A DNA stretch of 64,000 nucleotides from Candidatus Saccharimonadia bacterium. GTDB taxonomy: Bacteria > Patescibacteriota > Saccharimonadia > UBA4664. Below the pieces are notes generated by a model. That model saw nothing but the letters and a program-made list of their open reading frames with translations. It was not told the DNA's origin and did no database searches. The stretch is from positions 65,010-129,009 of the forward strand of contig DATIIV010000012.1 of the NCBI GenBank assembly GCA_035479295.1. The letters run 5' to 3'. Below are positions 45,007 through 53,844 of the stretch, one piece after another. Positions within the stretch are counted from its first letter, which is position 1; each line of letters begins with the position of its first letter. Made by a program: the position numbers and the translations under genes.

Positions 45007-46242
45007 ATGAACAATCCCGCTATCTCGCGTCTCACCTGGCTCGTTTATCTACAGCAGTTCACTAGCGAGTGCATGCCGATCTACCCGTTCTACGCCATTA
45101 TGTTTGTGCAGCGTAGTGGGCTGAGTGTGGCGCAGGTGAGCGCGCTCTTTGCGATCTGGATTCTGGTGGCCCTGGTCAGCGAGATCCCGACCGGGTTGCT
45201 GGCCGATCGCTTCTCGCGGCGGTCGGTTCTAGTGGTCTCTAAATTAATGCAGGCCGCCGCCTTCTTGACCTGGTGGCTCTATCCTGGATTCACTGGTTAT
45301 GCAGTCGGTTTTGTGCTGTGGGGCGTGGGTTATGCCTTTAACTCGGGGGCGTTTCAGGCTTACGTTTACGAGGAGATGGCGGCGCTTGGGGCGATCAAGC
45401 AGTTTACCAAGGTCTTTAGCCGCTCGCAGAGTCTCGCTCTCGTAGGCATGGTAGTAGCCTACGCGGGCGCTAGCCTGGTTGGCTCGCGCAATTACGCGGT
45501 CTTGCTGATCTCGAGCCTGGTCATTAGTCTGTTGTCGGCGGCCGTGGCAGCGGCTTTTCCGGCCGAGACCAGGCGTCATACGCCCAGCGAGGCCAAGAAG
45601 CTGGCCGGCCTGCGCAGTACTCTGGCCGAGGTGGCGAGCTCACCACTGCTGCAGCGGCTGGTTATTAGTGTGGCCATCGTGGTGGCTATTGGCTCGGCGC
45701 TCGAGGAGTACGTGCCGCTGTATTACCAGACCATGGGCGCGGTCGATCGGTTTATTCCTGGGCTACTCATCATTGGTCTGGCGCTCTCGGCCTACCTGTC
45801 GTGGCGGGTCGATAAGCTGGAGCGGCTGGGTGCTCAGTGGCGGGCATTATTGGTAGTGGTAGCAGGTGCGGCCGTGCTGGTTACTAGCTATGCGGGCGGG
45901 GCACTGGCGATTATTGGTCTGTTTACCTTTATGCGCTTAATTAATGTTACGAAATTGCTTTACGAAGCGTCATTGCAGCATAGTGTGGCCGGTCCGAGCC
46001 GGGCTACGATTAGCTCACTGCCTACATTTATCGCTGAATGCTTGTCGTTGGCACTAGTGGCAGTGTATGGTTGGGCCTCGCGGTTTGGCGGTAATGTCGG
46101 CTCCATGCGAGTAATCGGCGGCATTGTGATCGGGCTGGGTGGAGTGATGGCGCTGGTGTGGTTACGGCGGAGCTTGCCTCAGCCGGGGCCAGCGGCGGCT
46201 CCTGTTGTGAGCGCCACCGATGAAATGCATGATAAGTTTTAG
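45007..46242 (+). CDS. MFS transporter
   Basis: 12 predicted TM helices. The motif GLLADRFSRR between TM2 and TM3 is MFS motif-A-like. Confidence 0.65.
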   Translation: MNNPAISRLTWLVYLQQFTSECMPIYPFYAIMFVQRSGLSVAQVSALFAIWILVALVSEIPTGLLADRFSRRSVLVVSKLMQAAAFLTWWLYPGFTGYAVGFVLWGVGYAFNSGAFQAYVYEEMAALGAIKQFTKVFSRSQSLALVGMVVAYAGASLVGSRNYAVLLISSLVISLLSAAVAAAFPAETRRHTPSEAKKLAGLRSTLAEVASSPLLQRLVISVAIVVAIGSALEEYVPLYYQTMGAVDRFIPGLLIIGLALSAYLSWRVDKLERLGAQWRALLVVVAGAAVLVTSYAGGALAIIGLFTFMRLINVTKLLYEASLQHSVAGPSRATISSLPTFIAECLSLALVAVYGWASRFGGNVGSMRVIGGIVIGLGGVMALVWLRRSLPQPGPAAAPVVSATDEMHDKF

Positions 46243-46256
46243 GGTAGAATAGAGGT

Positions 46257-48107
46257 GTGTTGAAGCTAGCTTGGTCAGAGAATTATCGTCGATTAACAGG
46301 TGTGGCGCTGTATGCGCTGCTGGCCTTGGTGCTGTTTGTGGTAGGGCAGGGGGCAGCGGTTCAGGTTGTGTTGCTGGTGGGCTCACTGGTGGCGGTCAGT
46401 CCGCTCATCGTTGACATGATTAAAGAGGTTCGCGGCGGCAATTATGGCATTGATCTGCTAGCCGTAACGGCGATTCTGGCCTCGCTGGCGCTGCACGAAT
46501 TTTTGGTAGCTACGGTGATTTTGCTAATGCTGACCGGCGGTGAGGCGCTCGAGGCTTATGCGCAGGAGCACGCCAAAAAGGAATTGAGTGATCTGCTCGA
46601 TCGGGCGCCCAAGACGGCTCATCGCTACGACGGCGATGAGCTGCATGACGTGCCGGTGAACCAGGTGCGGGTGGGTGATCGGCTACTGATTAAGCCGGGC
46701 GAGACGGTGCCGGTGGACGCGGTGGTGATCGACGGCGCCTCGAGCTTTGACGAGGCGGCCATTACTGGCGAGAGCCTGCCGGTGGACAAGGCGGTGGGGC
46801 AGGACGTGGTGAGCGGGTCGGTGAATACCACTCGGCCGGTGACCGTGACGGCCAGCCACACGAGCGCCGAGAGCCAGTACCAGCAGATCGTACAGCTGGT
46901 GCGCCAGGCGGCCTCGAGCCGCAGCCCGCTGGTGCGCCTGGCCGATCGCTACAGCGTGCCGTTTACGATCATTAGCCTAGGGCTGGCGGGCGTGGCTTGG
47001 GCCTTAAGCGGCCAGGCCTTGCGGGCGCTAGAGGTGCTGGTTGTGGCGACGCCCTGCCCACTGCTGCTGGCGACGCCGGTGGCGATCGTCTCGGGCATGA
47101 GTCGGGCGGCGCGCCATGGCATTATCGTTAAGAGCGGTGCGGCGCTGGAGCAGTTGGCGCGGCTGCGGGCGGTGGCGTTTGACAAGACGGGCACATTGAC
47201 CAAGGGCGAGCCCAAAGTTGATCGAGTTAAGCCGGTGGCTGGCGGTGATGAAGCGGAGCTGCTAGCTACTCTGGCGGCGCTCGAGCAATCATCCAATCAC
47301 ATCTTGGCCCAAGCGGTGGTAGCGGCGGCTCAGGCGCGCGGCCTCAAGCTGCCAGCCAAGGTGGAGCAACTCAGGGAGGAGCCGGGCAGTGGCTTGGTGG
47401 CTACGGTGGATGGCCGCGTGGTGGTGGCCGGCCGGCCGCAGTGGCTGCAGAGCCATGGGGTAGAGTTGCCGGCCGGCCTGCCCACCGACCAGACGGTGGC
47501 GCACGTAGCCATCGCTGGCCGTTACGCCGGCTCGGTTAGCTTTGCCGACCAGGTGCGGCCGGAGACCAAGGCTACGCTGCGCGAGCTGGCCGACCTGGGC
47601 ATTCGCAAAACGCTCATGCTCACCGGCGACCAGGCCGGCGTCGCCCGGCGCATCGCTCACCAGGTCGGCCTCACCGACGTGCAGGCCGAGCTGCGGCCGG
47701 CGGCCAAACTGGCTGCCATTAAGGCGCTAGAGGCACACCACCAGCCGGCCGCCATGGTCGGCGACGGCGTCAACGACGCGCCCACCCTAGCCGCCGCCGA
47801 CGTCGGCATCGCCCTGGGTGCCCGCGGCTCCACCGCCGCCAGCGAGTCGGCCGACGTCGTCATCATGCTCGACGACCTGGCGCGCGTGCCGCTGGCCATC
47901 CACATCGCCCGCCGCGCTATCCTCATCGCCAACCAGAGTATCCTGGTCGGCATCGGCCTCAGCATTGTGCTTATGCTTATCGCCATGACCGGCGTTATCC
48001 CGCCGGTGTACGGCGCCCTGCTGCAAGAGGCGGTGGACGTGGCCGTCATCTTGAATGCGTTGCGGGCGCGGTCGGGGCGATTAGTGGGGCGAAAACAGGT
48101 CAGCTAG
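46257..48107 (+). CDS. P1B-type heavy-metal-translocating P-type ATPase without an N-terminal metal-binding domain
   Basis: TGES, TPCPLLLATP (CPx-type), DKTGTLT, MVGDGVNDAP. GTG start at 46257. Confidence 0.85.
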   Translation: MLKLAWSENYRRLTGVALYALLALVLFVVGQGAAVQVVLLVGSLVAVSPLIVDMIKEVRGGNYGIDLLAVTAILASLALHEFLVATVILLMLTGGEALEAYAQEHAKKELSDLLDRAPKTAHRYDGDELHDVPVNQVRVGDRLLIKPGETVPVDAVVIDGASSFDEAAITGESLPVDKAVGQDVVSGSVNTTRPVTVTASHTSAESQYQQIVQLVRQAASSRSPLVRLADRYSVPFTIISLGLAGVAWALSGQALRALEVLVVATPCPLLLATPVAIVSGMSRAARHGIIVKSGAALEQLARLRAVAFDKTGTLTKGEPKVDRVKPVAGGDEAELLATLAALEQSSNHILAQAVVAAAQARGLKLPAKVEQLREEPGSGLVATVDGRVVVAGRPQWLQSHGVELPAGLPTDQTVAHVAIAGRYAGSVSFADQVRPETKATLRELADLGIRKTLMLTGDQAGVARRIAHQVGLTDVQAELRPAAKLAAIKALEAHHQPAAMVGDGVNDAPTLAAADVGIALGARGSTAASESADVVIMLDDLARVPLAIHIARRAILIANQSILVGIGLSIVLMLIAMTGVIPPVYGALLQEAVDVAVILNALRARSGRLVGRKQVS

Positions 48108-48311
48108 GCGTCGCGCTTCGTTAAAAACCCAGCAAGCTCTAACGTGCTCAATTATCTGTCTCCTTTGCCAATAAAATCATCATCCACAAACGCCTCAAGC
48201 CCATGATGGGTCTAGGCATATTGGCTGTGCGCTTGAGTTTAGCAAGCATAAGTACAAATTAATGGTTAGCGCACCGGCAGCAGATCGCCGCCGGTGCGCG
48301 ACACCTCGGGT

Positions 48312-48695
48312 TTAGCCCAGAAGACGTTCCATCTGCGCCCGTGCCGAGTCGGACAACTTCAACTCCTCGACGACGATGTCCTCGTGGGTGGCAATCATCT
48401 CTCTGTCCGCTAGGAACTTCCCGGCGGGCCCGTGCTGATTGTGAGGGTACTCACAGGCCACGACGATGTAGTCGACACCGAAGGTCCCTACCCCTATGCG
48501 CGCCGTCATGGTGTAGACGGCGGGGCCGATGTCGACCGAGACGTAGTATCGATTGTCGTCTGTCTGGTTGTTGGGGCGCCAGGTGTAGTCGCAGAGAGCA
48601 ACCAGGCTCCCAACGCAGGGCGGCGGCAGTTGCTTCAGCCAGTCGTGCGCCAAGGGACGCGGGACGCGGGCAACGTAACCCCTGTACCTTTCCAT
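48312..48695 (-). CDS. Hypothetical protein
   Basis: 127 aa. No family recognised. A hairpin (48269-48299; GCGCACCGGC / GCCGGTGCGC) lies downstream. Confidence 0.3.
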   Translation of the reverse strand: MERYRGYVARVPRPLAHDWLKQLPPPCVGSLVALCDYTWRPNNQTDDNRYYVSVDIGPAVYTMTARIGVGTFGVDYIVVACEYPHNQHGPAGKFLADREMIATHEDIVVEELKLSDSARAQMERLLG

Positions 48696-48770
48696 TGAAT
48701 CTCCAAGAAACGAACGGCTTGGTGCCAGAGAGGACGATGACAGATTCTAATAAGTCTGTCAAGAATCAAG

Positions 48771-49340
48771 CTACGACGACGCCATCACCTTGCGGCGATG
48801 TGCCGCCACTCGCTCCCGAGTTGCACAGCGGGGCGAACAATAGTTGCGGCCACCGCCCTTGCCGAGATCAATGAACGGCCGCTCACATGTGGTAGCGGCG
48901 CATATGCCGCCAGGGCTACGCTGCTTGTCTGCCAGAAGTAGGGCCAGTGCTAAAGCCGAGGATGCTGCAAACCACTCCGCCCAGGGGGCATGATCATTGC
49001 TATCCACATGCAGGTGCCAGGCAGAAGTATTGTGTGCGCTAAGTCGTGGTATCGCGGCGTACTCACTAAGAATCGCATTTAGTAGAGCTGCGATAACGCC
49101 GACATCTTGCGCAGTGAATACCGCATATAGCTTGTCTGATGCAGCTTTTAGGTCAACTAAATCGGCAGCGGCGACCTTGCTTTGCTCGCCGTAGCCCTCC
49201 AGGACTTTATTCAACTGGTCGCTCAGCGCTTGGGGATCAAGTTGCGCTTTATTTTGCAAAACAAACAAAACATCAGCCGCACGCTTTGCAGCATGCGTTG
49301 CAGAACCGAGCGGCAACATTGATGTATTTGTCTTTTCCAC
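48771..49340 (-). CDS. CGNR zinc-finger (ABATE-domain) putative regulator
   Basis: C-terminal CATTCERPFIDLGKGGGRNYCSPRCATRERVAAHRRK fits the CGNR zinc-finger pattern, though divergent. Divergently placed from an MFS gene. Lower GC. Confidence 0.5.
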   Translation of the reverse strand: MEKTNTSMLPLGSATHAAKRAADVLFVLQNKAQLDPQALSDQLNKVLEGYGEQSKVAAADLVDLKAASDKLYAVFTAQDVGVIAALLNAILSEYAAIPRLSAHNTSAWHLHVDSNDHAPWAEWFAASSALALALLLADKQRSPGGICAATTCERPFIDLGKGGGRNYCSPRCATRERVAAHRRKVMASS

Positions 49341-49363
49341 ATGCGTAATATATCATACGTAAC

Positions 49364-50551
49364 GTGAATAATAAAGAAATACGTTACAACCTAACACGCT
49401 ACCTGTTTGGTGCGCTGCCAGCTCGGCTTGGTGACGAAATGTCTGGCCAGGCAATTTTACTTATGGGACTTGCTGCGACACAGACCGTATTCCTCGGTTC
49501 TACATTACTTGCTGGGCTAACATTTTCAGCTGCTCTTGGCGGTCCATTGCTTGGAGCTATTTTAGACCGCGCCCAACAGCCGGGCAGGGTTTTAGCCGGA
49601 GCATTGGGTCTCTATGCTGGGCTCATCGCGCTCATCGCACTTTCGCTAGGGCATGTGCCGGTATGGGCTTCCATAGTGATAGCGTTAGCAGCCGGGTTCT
49701 TTATGCCTGCCATCTCCGGCGGCTGGTCATCGCGCCTAAAGTCGTTCGTTGCCGATGAACAGATGACCCGGGCGAGCGCGATTGATGCTACAACCTTTAA
49801 CATCGCTGGTCTCGTCGGGCCGGCGCTTGCCGGGTTGGTTGCAGCGATGCTTGGCGCTCACTGGGCGATTGCCGTTTTGGTGACACTGCTGGTCGCGGCG
49901 CTGCCTATGGCATGGCTGCTGCCCAAGCGTCCCAAATCGACCAAACAGTCTCACAATACTTCATTGTGGCGAGACATGAGCGATGGATTCAAAGTAATTA
50001 TCACAAATAAGGCTCTGTTTAGGATTACGCTAACGTCCCTCATCTCGTATATGGGAATCGGCATGCTGTGGGTGATCTGTCCCTTAGTTGGCAAAGAGGT
50101 GTTTGGCAATGCCGGATATGGTGGCGTTTTGATGTCCGTACTATCCATCGGCGCGCTCGTTGCGACTGTTGCTTATGCTAAGTGGCCTATGCGTTACAGC
50201 CCAGATGCTGTCGCTTTTGGAGCCACCCTAGCATTAGGTATTGCGATGCTCGTGCTAGCATTTGCTGGCAACATCATCATTACCCTGATTGCTATGTTGA
50301 TAGCCGGGCTAGCCGACGGCCCTCAGCTTGCAGCTATCTTTGCGGTGCGGCATCGTGAAGCGCCTGAGCGCTCACGGAGCCAAGTATTTACAACGGGCGC
50401 AAGTTTGAAGATTACGATGGCTGCTCTGGGTGCGGTCTTGGCCGGGCAACTGGCTGGCATTTCGCTCTTGGTTATGGTCCTTATTGCGGCTTTCGTCCAG
50501 ATTATGGCGGCAATCTCATTCGTCCTTTCCTCGCGAAGTTCAGCTCGCTAG
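49364..50551 (+). CDS. MFS transporter (lower-GC gene)
   Basis: 12 TM helices. MFS-like loops. Confidence 0.7.
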   Translation: MNNKEIRYNLTRYLFGALPARLGDEMSGQAILLMGLAATQTVFLGSTLLAGLTFSAALGGPLLGAILDRAQQPGRVLAGALGLYAGLIALIALSLGHVPVWASIVIALAAGFFMPAISGGWSSRLKSFVADEQMTRASAIDATTFNIAGLVGPALAGLVAAMLGAHWAIAVLVTLLVAALPMAWLLPKRPKSTKQSHNTSLWRDMSDGFKVIITNKALFRITLTSLISYMGIGMLWVICPLVGKEVFGNAGYGGVLMSVLSIGALVATVAYAKWPMRYSPDAVAFGATLALGIAMLVLAFAGNIIITLIAMLIAGLADGPQLAAIFAVRHREAPERSRSQVFTTGASLKITMAALGAVLAGQLAGISLLVMVLIAAFVQIMAAISFVLSSRSSAR

Positions 50552-50678
50552 GATTAGTTAGCGATGTTTCGGGCTAAGCCTCGCACCATGAAGTTCAGAC
50601 ATGTCTTTACACTTGTTGCCAAATTAGCCATTCTCCCCCAAACATGCGATAATACAGCGCTATGAGCGAGCGTAATTT

Positions 50679-51461
50679 ATGACGAAATTGTTGGCTGGCA
50701 AGGATGTGGCCGGATTCATTCAGGAGCGCCACGCCCAGACGGTGCGAGGCCTTCTGGTTGCGCCCAAATTGGCGATTGTGCGCCAGGGCGCCACGCCGGC
50801 TACCGATGCCTATCTGCGCGTTAAGAAGCAGTACGGCGCCGATATCGGTGTGATGGTTGATACTTACACCGAGGCGCCGGCCGATCTGATGGCCCGCATT
50901 GCCGCGCTCAACGCCGACCCCAGCGTCACCGGTATTATCGTGCAGCTGCCGTTTGCCGATCAGCCGGACCTGGCTGAGCAAGCGCTGGCGGCGGTGGCGC
51001 CGGCCAAAGATGTGGACGGCCTGAGCCCCCACTCACCATTTGAGGCCGCCACTCCCAAGGCTATTCTGTGGCTGCTGGCGGCCTACAACGTTGACCTGAG
51101 TGGCCGCCGCATCGCCGTGGTGGGGCAGGGCCGGCTGGTCGGCGCGCCACTGGCCGACCGCCTCGACGCCAGTGGCCATGACGTGGCGCGCCTCGACGAG
51201 CACACACCCAACCTGGCCGCCGCCCTGCACGACGCCGGCGCTATTATCACCGCCACCGGCCAGCCCGGCCTCATCACCTCGGCCATGGTAGCCGACGGCG
51301 CCATCGTGGTCGACGCCGCCTCGCCCCGCAGCGACCTGGCCCGCGACCTCTTCGACCGCGCCGACCTCATCATCACGCCCAATCCCGGCGGCGTCGGCCC
51401 CATGACCGTGGCGTCATTATTCGACAATTTACTGATTGCGGCGCAGACTCGTCATCCCTAA
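50679..51461 (+). CDS. folD: Bifunctional methylenetetrahydrofolate dehydrogenase/cyclohydrolase
   Basis: Family pattern: ...LAIVRQGATPATDAYLRVKKQ ... GIIVQLP ... VVGQGRLVGAPLA ... a short (260 aa) form. Confidence 0.8.
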   Translation: MTKLLAGKDVAGFIQERHAQTVRGLLVAPKLAIVRQGATPATDAYLRVKKQYGADIGVMVDTYTEAPADLMARIAALNADPSVTGIIVQLPFADQPDLAEQALAAVAPAKDVDGLSPHSPFEAATPKAILWLLAAYNVDLSGRRIAVVGQGRLVGAPLADRLDASGHDVARLDEHTPNLAAALHDAGAIITATGQPGLITSAMVADGAIVVDAASPRSDLARDLFDRADLIITPNPGGVGPMTVASLFDNLLIAAQTRHP

Positions 51462-51912
51462 GCTATCTGTCTCTAGCTAAGGCAGCGCTCATATTGTAGT
51501 ATCGTTTCGGGCCAGGACCGCTAGGTTTTGGCCGCCATCTCCTAACTTACTCAGAGATGAGGTTAGTGTGTCGCGCCCTCGTTGGCCCTGAACCGCCACC
51601 CCCGCCCGAAACAGCTCAAGACTTGGAGGTAGAACTAGAGCCGGACCCCGATACGCTCTCGGCTCTCGACGGTCTGCCGCCGGGCGATCACGTCGCCTGG
51701 CTCGATGCCCATGATCCCAACGCTAGATAGGATCGAGATGTCGCATACCAAGGCACGCGGAACGGCCAACAATCCCCGACCGGGAAGTGAGAGGGGTGTG
51801 GGCTCCAGCCAGACCTCCACCTCCACTACCTCCTCCTCGGTCACCAAATAACAAGCATTCGCCTAGCGATTCTTCTCGCTGGTTGCCCGTCGGGCCTGGT
51901 GGCTCGGCCGGT

Positions 51913-52299
51913 CTAAACCTTCTTGGCTAGTAGCGCCTTTACCCGCTCCGTCACCTCTTTGGGCGTCATCTCGGCCTTCACAATGTAGTCGTCGGCGGCC
52001 ATTTTGTAGACGCGCGTGGCCGTCTCGGTGTCGCCCATGTTGGTTAGCACGACCACTTTAGCGTCGCGCCCATTGGCCTGAGAACGCAGCTTTTGCAGCA
52101 TCTCCAAGCCATTCATATTGGGCATCATCAAATCGAGCAAAATAATATCAGGTGCAAACGACTCAATTAATTCCAGTCCACCGGCGCCATCGCCGGCCGT
52201 GGCCACCTCGTAGCCCTCATTCTCAAACTTCACCCGATACATCTGCACGATCGCCATGTCGTCCTCGATGATCGCCACTTTGACTTTTTGGTCACTCAT
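51913..52299 (-). CDS. Stand-alone response regulator receiver
   Basis: VAIIEDD ... IILLDLMMP ... VVVLTNM ... K. 128 aa. Confidence 0.85.
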   Translation of the reverse strand: MSDQKVKVAIIEDDMAIVQMYRVKFENEGYEVATAGDGAGGLELIESFAPDIILLDLMMPNMNGLEMLQKLRSQANGRDAKVVVLTNMGDTETATRVYKMAADDYIVKAEMTPKEVTERVKALLAKKV

Positions 52300-52362
52300 A
52301 TCTGTAGTTTATAACGCGATTTAACCATAAGCAATTATTTCTCAGCTAATTTGTAGCTGCTG

Positions 52363-53010
52363 CTACTCGATAGGCAGACGATAGATGCGGTTAAGAATCT
52401 GGAGAGCAGTAAGCTTCTCTGCTGCCTCCAGCGGCTTGCCCACCGTAATGGCATAAGAAGGCCATAGCCATCGGCCGCGGCACCACTCGATGTGCACTGG
52501 AATTATCTTTACTTGAGGAGTCTTGGCTAGAACTTCAATGCCGCTTCGGGGCCGAATCTTATGCGGTGTGCGCTTGCCCTCAGGAAAGATCATGATAGAT
52601 TGGTGGTGTTTCAGAAACAGCTGGGCTGCAGTGAGGCCATAAATGTAAGAGGCATTGGCGCTAGCCGGGAAAGCTCCAAACGCAAAGAGGAAGTGACGTA
52701 GGAACTTGTCGAAGAGGGCGTTATGGGCAAAAAAGCGGAGAGGTGCTAGGCCGGCAAGGATGCCTGGTGGAAGTGCGACGCAAATTATAAACGGGTCAAA
52801 CATGCTCTGGTGATTTGCTGCAACTATATAGCAATGATCAGGACTAATATCACCAGGCTGGAGGTTGACTCTAGTCCGATGCGGTAGCAAGTGGGTAATG
52901 AGGCGAATTGGCCAGTAAAGGACGCGCTGACTGAGTAAGATCACGCGAAGACGGCCAGGCGATAAAAGCGAGTCAAGGGACGCAAAAGATTTTACTTGAG
53001 TAGCCGACAT
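52363..53010 (-). CDS. PlsC-family (lysophospholipid/1-acylglycerol-3-phosphate) acyltransferase
   Basis: HxxxxD motif (ANHQSMFD) and FPEGKRT motif. Lower GC. Confidence 0.7.
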   Translation of the reverse strand: MSATQVKSFASLDSLLSPGRLRVILLSQRVLYWPIRLITHLLPHRTRVNLQPGDISPDHCYIVAANHQSMFDPFIICVALPPGILAGLAPLRFFAHNALFDKFLRHFLFAFGAFPASANASYIYGLTAAQLFLKHHQSIMIFPEGKRTPHKIRPRSGIEVLAKTPQVKIIPVHIEWCRGRWLWPSYAITVGKPLEAAEKLTALQILNRIYRLPIE

Positions 53011-53093
53011 CGGTAAAATTGATGATATGTAATTGCGTAATTATATAATAATATTAAAGGCAATGCAAGATGCAAAATGAGGAGTAATAGATA

Positions 53094-53807
53094 GTGACAA
53101 ACAGGCAGGAGGGGGCGGCTGAGTCGGGGAAAGGGGGACTTGGCTCGAGGCATTTGCATTTTGAGGAGCATGGACTGGTCTTTCGCGAGTTAACAGCAGA
53201 GGCCGATTTTAGGGCCGCTTATCGGCTGCGTTATAAAATCTGTGTAGAGCAGCTGCATTGGGTGCAGGGGGTTCCCGAAGAGCAGCTTGAGTACGATGAT
53301 TATGATAAGTACTCGTACCACTTTGGCTGTTTTAGGGAGAGTAAGCTTATAGGGTATATGCGTATGACGCCAGAAGATAATTCCGTGGGCACCATGAGCC
53401 GCGACCACTTTGGCCATCTCTGGCAAATTGACCCTCAGTACCCTACCCACGAAACGGCTGACCTATCCCGACTCTTGGTGGATCGGCCCTATCTGCATAA
53501 ACCCTTGCTGCTGCGGCGAATTCTGATTGGTTTATACCGACTGGCCTACGGAAGGGCAGAATTGAGTCGGCCGCGCATTCGGTATTGGTATTTTATTACC
53601 ACGGGACGCTTGCTTAAGGCTTTAAGATGGCAGTTAGGCTTACCCGTCAAAGTGTTTGGCCACGATCAGACCTCAGATGGCAAAACCACCTATGCAGTCG
53701 GCCTCGATTTACAGCGGGGTCGCCGGAGACTCGCTATCCTCGCACCTTGGCGTCTTATCTACTTTGCCAGGGCTAAGCGGCTTCAACGCGATAATGAGCG
53801 TCCATAG
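53094..53807 (+). CDS. LuxI / N-acyl-amino-acid-synthase-like GNAT acyltransferase (PEP-CTERM-associated-acyltransferase-like), cassette B
   Basis: GAGGAG RBS, 9-nt spacer, GTG. Matches the LuxI-family pattern: RLRYKICVEQLHW, EYDDYD, GYMRM, ADLSRLLV. About 50% GC. Confidence 0.6.
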   Translation: MTNRQEGAAESGKGGLGSRHLHFEEHGLVFRELTAEADFRAAYRLRYKICVEQLHWVQGVPEEQLEYDDYDKYSYHFGCFRESKLIGYMRMTPEDNSVGTMSRDHFGHLWQIDPQYPTHETADLSRLLVDRPYLHKPLLLRRILIGLYRLAYGRAELSRPRIRYWYFITTGRLLKALRWQLGLPVKVFGHDQTSDGKTTYAVGLDLQRGRRRLAILAPWRLIYFARAKRLQRDNERP

Positions 53808-53844
53808 TATCAACTTAAGCAAAAGAGCTATAGAATAAAGATTA

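Noticed and set aside
51462-51912. tmRNA, SRP RNA or RNase P RNA in the long folD-receiver gap.
   Set aside because: I could not find the conserved signature strings on either strand by eye: the tmRNA 3' end GGTTCAAATCC, the SRP domain-IV GGAAGCAGCCA, or the RNase P motif AGGAAAGTCCGGGCTCC. Left as an unexplained gap.
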